Part shown: positions 58,718-64,000 of the stretch, in pieces
Numbering within the stretch: the stretch's first letter is position 1
Layout of the letters: every line of letters begins with the position of its first letter
Assembly: GCA_050251945.1 (NCBI GenBank)
Contig: JBFWLW010000003.1
Coordinates: 273,848-337,847 of the forward strand
Direction of reading: 5' to 3'
Length of the DNA: 64,000 nucleotides
Origin: Deferribacterales bacterium
Lineage (GTDB): Bacteria; Chrysiogenota; Deferribacteres; Deferribacterales; Geovibrionaceae
Notes under the pieces: model-generated
Told to the model about the DNA's origin: nothing
The model's input: only the letters and a program-made list of their open reading frames with translations
Databases searched by the model: none
Position numbers and translations under genes: made by a program

Positions 58718-59017
58718 TTAGTCCATTTTATCCATGAAGGGGATGTTGCGCAGGCGTTCAAGCTCGTCTTCCTGTTTTTTCACCTGTTTTTTAAGACTGC
58801 CTATCTGGTGCGACATTTTAAATCTGTCAAGATAATACATCAGCGTGGCAAGCACTATGCCAAACAGCATGGAACCCAGAATGACTATGAACAGCGGCAT
58901 TTTCAGCGTCGGCTGACCGAAGAAGTATTTCACTTCAACGTTGTCCACGTTCATAATGGCGAAAACGATTATTACCAGCGTAACGGCTATTTTGATAAGT
59001 CCTGCAATGGCTCTCAT
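58718..59017 (-). CDS. LapA-family membrane protein
   Basis: FAIMNVDNVEVKYFF...MPLFIVILGSMLFG plus coiled C-terminus. Confidence 0.8.
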   Translation of the reverse strand: MRAIAGLIKIAVTLVIIVFAIMNVDNVEVKYFFGQPTLKMPLFIVILGSMLFGIVLATLMYYLDRFKMSHQIGSLKKQVKKQEDELERLRNIPFMDKMD

Positions 59018-59523
59018 GCTTTTGTCTCCTCGTCGAATACTTTTTTCAGTTTGTCATAGGTGTCGAAAATGTGTTCTCCGATGACCCGCGTTTCGCCTAT
59101 TACAGGCATAAAGTTGGTGTCGCCAACCCATCTTGGCAATACGTGCAGGTGGATATGCTGGCTTATGCCTGCGCCCGCTGCTCTGCCCAGATTGAATCCC
59201 GTGTTGAAACCTTCGGGATTGAACACTTTTTTAAACACTTTTATCGTAAGCTTGGCAAGCTGCATCAGCTCAAGCATCTCTTCATCTGTAAGATCAGTGA
59301 AGTCAGACGTATGTTTGTACGGTATCACCATACAATGACCGTTGTTGTAGGGGTAAAGGTTCATTATGATAAAAGCCGTCTTTCCCCTGTAAAGGATAAG
59401 GTTGTCCTTATCGTTCTGCTGTTTCGGTTTGGAACAGAAGATACACCCTTCGTCCTTCCCGCCCAGCTTGCTTATGTATGTCATGCGCCACGGCGCCCAG
59501 AGTTTCTTTATACCTGTCTGCAT
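59014..59523 (-). CDS. HIT-family hydrolase
   Basis: LWAPWRM.YI, CIFC, NLYPYNNGH, HIHLHVLPRW. Confidence 0.94.
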   Translation of the reverse strand: MQTGIKKLWAPWRMTYISKLGGKDEGCIFCSKPKQQNDKDNLILYRGKTAFIIMNLYPYNNGHCMVIPYKHTSDFTDLTDEEMLELMQLAKLTIKVFKKVFNPEGFNTGFNLGRAAGAGISQHIHLHVLPRWVGDTNFMPVIGETRVIGEHIFDTYDKLKKVFDEETKA

Positions 59524-59615
59524 AATATCTCCGCGCGTAGGGTTTTTGAATAAAACCCTATCTATATCTTATATCAGGTTGATGTCTGTTTATCAATACC
59601 GAGGATGGGGGGAAA

Positions 59616-61109
59616 TCACATCTTGGGTTTGCTGTTTGTGGGCAGAACAACCGAAAATACGGTGCCTCTCCCCTGTTCGGATTCAAAAGTGACTTTGCCT
59701 TTGTACCTGTCGGTCAGCTCCTTAACGATATACAGCCCGATACCCGTTCCGTTCTGCTTGGTTGTGTAAAATTCATTGAATATCATATCCTTCGTCCCGG
59801 CTGGAATTCCCGCGCCGTTGTCTTTAACAGATATAAAGGTTTCTCCGCTTCTGCGGTATGCCCGAAGGGTTATCACAGGGCTGTCGTTGTTTTCAACAGC
59901 TTCGGAAGCGTTTCTGAGGATATTCAGGAATATCTGTTCCAGATGTACGGGGTTTGCATAGATGTACCCGAGATTTTTCTCTATGTCCGTACGGAACGGT
60001 ATCTCTGTCCACTTAAACAGAGTTCTGTCGGCGTAGTGGCAGAGGTCGTCTACAAATTTATCCATGTTTATCATTGTGTTGTGTCTGTCATCGTCTATTC
60101 TGGAGAAATTCAGAGTGTTGTCTATTATATCTTTGATCCGTTCGGCGTCGGAAGCTATGCGGTTTGTCAGCTCCTGCTGTTCCCTGCACCGCATGGAAAG
60201 TATGTCGGAAGTGAGCATAATGGAGTTCAGCGGGTTCTTTATCTCGTGACTGACCGCCGCCGCCAGCGTACCTATGGTCATAAGCCTGTCGTTGTGCAGC
60301 ATGCTTGTGTGGATGCTTGAGACCGTGCGGAACGATTTTCGCAGTGAATAGACCATGTAATTGAAAAGCCGCGACATCCGCCCGAACTCGTCTTCGGAAT
60401 CAGCATCAAGTCTTACCTCAAGGTTGTTGTTTGCAACCTCCTGCATGGCGTGTTCGATACGTTTGACGGGGGTTATGACAAGCAGATTTATCAGCACCGC
60501 GAGTACAACGAAAAGCACAATGTTGGAGATTATGAGTATCGCCTTTATGTTCGTTGCGTCATGCTCAAGTATCTCCGTAAGATACGTCAGGTTGATGTTT
60601 ATGTTCAGATGTCCCAGAATCTCTCCCTCTTCCTGAAGGTGGCAGAGGTGACATTCGGGAGCGTTGGGGATTGGTGTGTAGTACGACATTACCCGTGTTC
60701 CGTTGATAACGGTTTCTTTGAAACCTTCGTCAGTGTGGTTTCTTACAATGGTGTCTATGTACGATTTGTCATATTTATGTACGAGTTCAGGGAGCGATTC
60801 GGTGAGTTTCCATTTATTGTTGAAGATATGTACGCCCATGATGTTGTTGTCTTTTTCAAGGTGTTGGACAAGACGGTTTATGGACTGCCTGTCTCCGTTG
60901 AGCATGAAGTTGTACATTGCGTTATAAATGAGCGAGGGGATGCTTTCTATGTAGTTCTTGGTTATAAGAAACGTCTGCTGTTTAACGTTTTCGCTCATTT
61001 TGTGCGCAACAACATAGCTGAAACTCATCATAATTAGAAAGATTATGGAGGTTATCTTTACCTGCAGGCTGAAAAAACGTCGGAATGATTGTTTCATGCT
61101 CATTATCAT
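59616..61109 (-). CDS. HAMP sensor histidine kinase with periplasmic CxxCH motif
   Basis: Two TMs, PECHLCH between them, HAMP, SHEIKNPL, DNGAGI, GTGIGL. Confidence 0.92.
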   Translation of the reverse strand: MIMSMKQSFRRFFSLQVKITSIIFLIMMSFSYVVAHKMSENVKQQTFLITKNYIESIPSLIYNAMYNFMLNGDRQSINRLVQHLEKDNNIMGVHIFNNKWKLTESLPELVHKYDKSYIDTIVRNHTDEGFKETVINGTRVMSYYTPIPNAPECHLCHLQEEGEILGHLNININLTYLTEILEHDATNIKAILIISNIVLFVVLAVLINLLVITPVKRIEHAMQEVANNNLEVRLDADSEDEFGRMSRLFNYMVYSLRKSFRTVSSIHTSMLHNDRLMTIGTLAAAVSHEIKNPLNSIMLTSDILSMRCREQQELTNRIASDAERIKDIIDNTLNFSRIDDDRHNTMINMDKFVDDLCHYADRTLFKWTEIPFRTDIEKNLGYIYANPVHLEQIFLNILRNASEAVENNDSPVITLRAYRRSGETFISVKDNGAGIPAGTKDMIFNEFYTTKQNGTGIGLYIVKELTDRYKGKVTFESEQGRGTVFSVVLPTNSKPKM

Positions 61110-61271
61110 ATTCTGACAAAATAGGCGGATTAAGGCAAATGTATTTTTGACCCATCATTAATGGCAGTCACATAATATTAATTATTGGCTTATAATTTGT
61201 GTCACATAAAAACAAGGTGCCTTCATATGAATACTGAGATTACCAGATCCACATTTAACATAGTTTTTGAA

Positions 61272-62009
61272 ATGAAACTTGCGCTCAAAAAAGACATGGC
61301 GGCGGCAATTGCTTCCGGTTTCATGCTTTTTGCGGCGTTCATGTATTTCCAGCCGATAAGCAGGCTTTACCAGATAACAGAGAAAGAGAGCTATTTGGTG
61401 GACATCGCCACAGGTTTTCTATTTTCATTTTTCATTGTCGTTTCCTACTTCACAATAAAAAGGCTCGCCGAGATGAGGCGTTTTTTCAAAGAGGCGATGG
61501 ATATGTCCCGAATGGATTTCCTCACGGAAATTTATAACAGGCGGGCGCTTTTTGAGATACTTGAGATGGAGTTTAATAAGAACAAGCGATTTCCGGACGG
61601 GATATTTTGCTTTGTTTTGTTCGATATAGACAATTTCAAATGGATAAATGACAGTTTCGGGCATTCGACCGGCGACGTGGTGCTGAAAGAGACTGCGAAA
61701 ACCGTTATCGCGACTCTGCGCAAAACGGATATCTGCGGACGTTTCGGCGGCGACGAGTTCGGGATAATCCTGCCCTATACCGATCTCAAACGCGGCGTTC
61801 TGGTTGCGGAGAAGATACGCGAGAATGTTTCAAGGATGCTGTTCGGTCCCGTGCGCTCAAGGTTCAGCATAACATTGAGTATAGGTGTTGTGATGGTTCC
61901 AGCCGGAGAAGAAACCGACAGTGTTGAAAAACTGGTGGAGCAGGTGGACAAGCACCTGTATCTGGCTAAGAAGAACGGGCGCAACAGGGTTGAAAGCCCG
62001 CTGGAATAA
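61272..62009 (+). CDS. Membrane-anchored diguanylate cyclase
   Basis: Two TMs, DFLTEIYNRR, DIDNFKWINDSFGH, RKTD I-site, RFGGDEF. Start uncertain (frame open from 61185). Confidence 0.92.
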   Translation: MKLALKKDMAAAIASGFMLFAAFMYFQPISRLYQITEKESYLVDIATGFLFSFFIVVSYFTIKRLAEMRRFFKEAMDMSRMDFLTEIYNRRALFEILEMEFNKNKRFPDGIFCFVLFDIDNFKWINDSFGHSTGDVVLKETAKTVIATLRKTDICGRFGGDEFGIILPYTDLKRGVLVAEKIRENVSRMLFGPVRSRFSITLSIGVVMVPAGEETDSVEKLVEQVDKHLYLAKKNGRNRVESPLE

Positions 62010-62013
62010 AAAT

Positions 62014-62038
62014 AAAAAAGGGAGCCGCGAGGCTTCCC
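62014..62038 (-). terminator. Intrinsic terminator between convergent GGDEF and MCP genes
   Basis: AAAAAA-GGGAGCC-GCGA-GGCTTCCC. Confidence 0.65.
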
Positions 62039-62063
62039 AGACTGATCAAAGTCATGGAAATGC

Positions 62064-62138
62064 GAGATCGCGTCGTCGCATGCACTCCTCGCGAAGACAA
62101 AAAAACGTCTCTGCGAGGGTCTTAACCCGAAGCAGTCT
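62064..62138. repeat. REP-like inverted pair
   Basis: GAGATCGCGTCGTCG...CTCCTCGCGAAGAC and CGTCTCTGCGAG...CGAAGCAGTCT. Confidence 0.6.
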
Positions 62139-62192
62139 AATGGAGTCTACTTACATTAAGTTTGTCAACAACCAGGGGCATCGCGAGGTTCC

Positions 62193-63740
62193 CTATTTGT
62201 ATTTGCTTATCAGCCTTTCAAGCATTGAAATGAAATTTCTGACCATGGCTTCCATCTCCGGCAGAAGGTGTTCCGCTTCGTGTTTTTTGCCGGATTTAAT
62301 CAGATCCATAATCTTGTGAGCCATTGTATGCACGTTCTTGTGAGGCTCTCCCATCGCCTTATAGTCCGAATCGCTGCTGAACATCTCCATGCCTTTGCCA
62401 TAGTAGAACTGTCCGAATGAGCAGGTTGTATGTGTCGGCAGGCTTATGTTGCACTGGTTTTTTGAATAGCAGTCGAAAAGCCCTTTCATCAGGTTGATGT
62501 GGGCTATCTTTGCCGCCGCGAAATAATATGCCTTGTCTGTCAGCGAATAGCTGGAATATTTGTCGGAAATACTCTTTATGCTGTTGAGCAGCATGTCGGT
62601 GTCGTTCACAAGAGAAAGAACGATATCTTTTGTCATATCGGAGTTGTGGGCAACGATGTTGACGTTGTTCATTATCTGCGCCGTTGCCGCAGACTGCTGG
62701 CTGACAGCCGCGGAGATGCCGGACACGAGGATGTCAAGTTCCTCTATTGCTCTCAGTATGGTCTGGAAGTTGTTGTATGCGTTGTCGGTGGCTCCTTTTT
62801 GCCCGTCGAGGGCGGAAACAACCTCAGCAGCGCCCTGTGACACCTCTTTTATACTGCCTGTCATGGCGCTGACCATTAACTCTATCTCTTTGGTGGATGA
62901 CTGTGTTTTTTCCGCGAGTTTGCGCACCTCGTCGGCAACAACAGCAAACCCGCGTCCCGCTTCGCCCGCCCTTGCCGCTTCTATTGCGGCGTTGAGCGCC
63001 AGCAGGTTCGTTTGCTCTGAAATATCGTTGATGACCGATATAACGTTTCCTATCTGGGAAGCTTTTTCAGTCAGAGTTACTATCTCGCTTTCCAGCTTGG
63101 CTATGATATGTGCCATATTCTCGGACGATTCCTTCGCGACGTTTATGGAGTACCCGCCCTCTTTGGCAAGCTCCACGGTGGCTTTTGCCTTGTCTGCGGA
63201 TTCCATGGCGGAATTCGATATCTCGCCTATTGTCGCCCCCATCTCCTCGCCTGCGGCGGCGACCTGAGTTGCCATTTCGGCGTTTTGTTCGACGGAATCG
63301 CGCACTTTCACGATCGCTGTTGAGACAGGCATGATATGTTCTCCGGCGTCGCCAACCAGAAGCAGGGTATCTGCGAAATCCTTATTCACAGCGTCCAGAT
63401 ATTTGTTAAAATTGCGTATCATGGTGGGCAGCATGCCTCTGATGCTGTCGCCGTTCTTGTCCTCAAGCCTGTGCGTAAGGTCTTTTGTTCCTCTGGAAAG
63501 CTCGTCCAGCAGTTCGCGCATTAAGCGCAGCGGAGCGACGATCTCCTTGAAAAGCTTATACATGATGAGCAGGAATACCACGCAGGTTGCAACTGAAACT
63601 ATTATGTAAAGTCTGAAAGCGCCGTTGTGCGAACCCTCCGCTTCCACTATCCGCCATGTCATGAAAAAACTGAACGCCATTGATATCAGGTAGATAGCGC
63701 TGATTATCCTGAATTTCTCTTTCAGGGTGAGATTGTTCAT
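62193..63740 (-). CDS. Methyl-accepting chemotaxis protein with C-terminal CZB domain
   Basis: [38 protein letters not shown] ligands [21 protein letters not shown]. Confidence 0.95.
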   Translation of the reverse strand: MNNLTLKEKFRIISAIYLISMAFSFFMTWRIVEAEGSHNGAFRLYIIVSVATCVVFLLIMYKLFKEIVAPLRLMRELLDELSRGTKDLTHRLEDKNGDSIRGMLPTMIRNFNKYLDAVNKDFADTLLLVGDAGEHIMPVSTAIVKVRDSVEQNAEMATQVAAAGEEMGATIGEISNSAMESADKAKATVELAKEGGYSINVAKESSENMAHIIAKLESEIVTLTEKASQIGNVISVINDISEQTNLLALNAAIEAARAGEAGRGFAVVADEVRKLAEKTQSSTKEIELMVSAMTGSIKEVSQGAAEVVSALDGQKGATDNAYNNFQTILRAIEELDILVSGISAAVSQQSAATAQIMNNVNIVAHNSDMTKDIVLSLVNDTDMLLNSIKSISDKYSSYSLTDKAYYFAAAKIAHINLMKGLFDCYSKNQCNISLPTHTTCSFGQFYYGKGMEMFSSDSDYKAMGEPHKNVHTMAHKIMDLIKSGKKHEAEHLLPEMEAMVRNFISMLERLISKYK

Positions 63741-63873
63741 ACTGTGCCTCTATATGGAAATATGTATTTCCTCATTTTTGCAAAACCCGCAATGAGACGC
63801 AAGCGAAAAGTTAAAGAATTGTAAATTGTTTTACATGCCAGATGTGGTAGGTGTATTAAAAAACCCCGCCTTT

Positions 63874-64000
63874 TGAACTGTCCCCCATTTTCCGGACAGT
63901 AAAAAAAGCCCCGGGCTAAGAATTAAGATGATGTCGGTATCCAGCCGGCGTCATCTTTTTTAATGTCCACTGTGGTCTTTCTTCATTATAATACCGGATA
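63874..64000 (-). mobile_element. Right end of an IS3-family element (continues beyond the window)
   Basis: Terminal repeat TGAACTGTCCCCCATTTTCCGGACAGT at 63874; minus strand encodes ...IRYYNEERPQWTLKKMTPAGYRHHLNS* (stop 63916-63918), an IS3/IS150-type OrfB C-terminus. Confidence 0.85.

Overview
Bacterial chromosomal window. Gene content and protein style suggest a flagellated anaerobic Gram-negative, plausibly Deferribacterota (inference only). 1-24.8 kb is a minus-strand flagellar export and chemotaxis supercluster (fliR, flhB, flhA, flhF, flhG, fliA, cheB, fliM, fliN, cheY, CheZ-like, cheA-REC, PAS-PP2C/STAS partner-switching module, cheR, PilZ-like, MscS). 24.9-36.4 kb is a plus-strand housekeeping run (mqnC, GAF kinase, FapA/DUF342, uvrA, amidase, glmU, glmS). 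The main accessory feature is a complete, AT-rich Tn7-family transposon (36457-52357, 15.9 kb) at the canonical att site just after glmS, with TGT...ACA ends, arrays of TnsB sites and a perfect 5-bp CCTTT target duplication. Its tnsABC and tnsDE modules are split by an uncharacterised, translationally coupled antisense two-gene cassette (2-TM protein plus small beta-barrel protein), the best candidate here for an undescribed, possibly anti-phage, system. Other cargo: a DUF6471-like HTH gene with twin palindromic operators, a decayed MTase relic, a convergent Eco57I-like type IIG R-M pair with an extra 136-aa gene between them, and a DsrE-family gene broken by an in-frame TGA. The rest (52.4-64 kb) is housekeeping and signalling (HlyC/CorC, MBL hydrolase, mutS, lapA/lapB-like, HIT, CxxCH sensor kinase, GGDEF, CZB chemoreceptor), ending in the right end of an IS3-family element. 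A parS-like site and several REP-like palindromes are also present. No CRISPR array or cas gene was seen. All family assignments come from reading motifs by eye; no searches were run.
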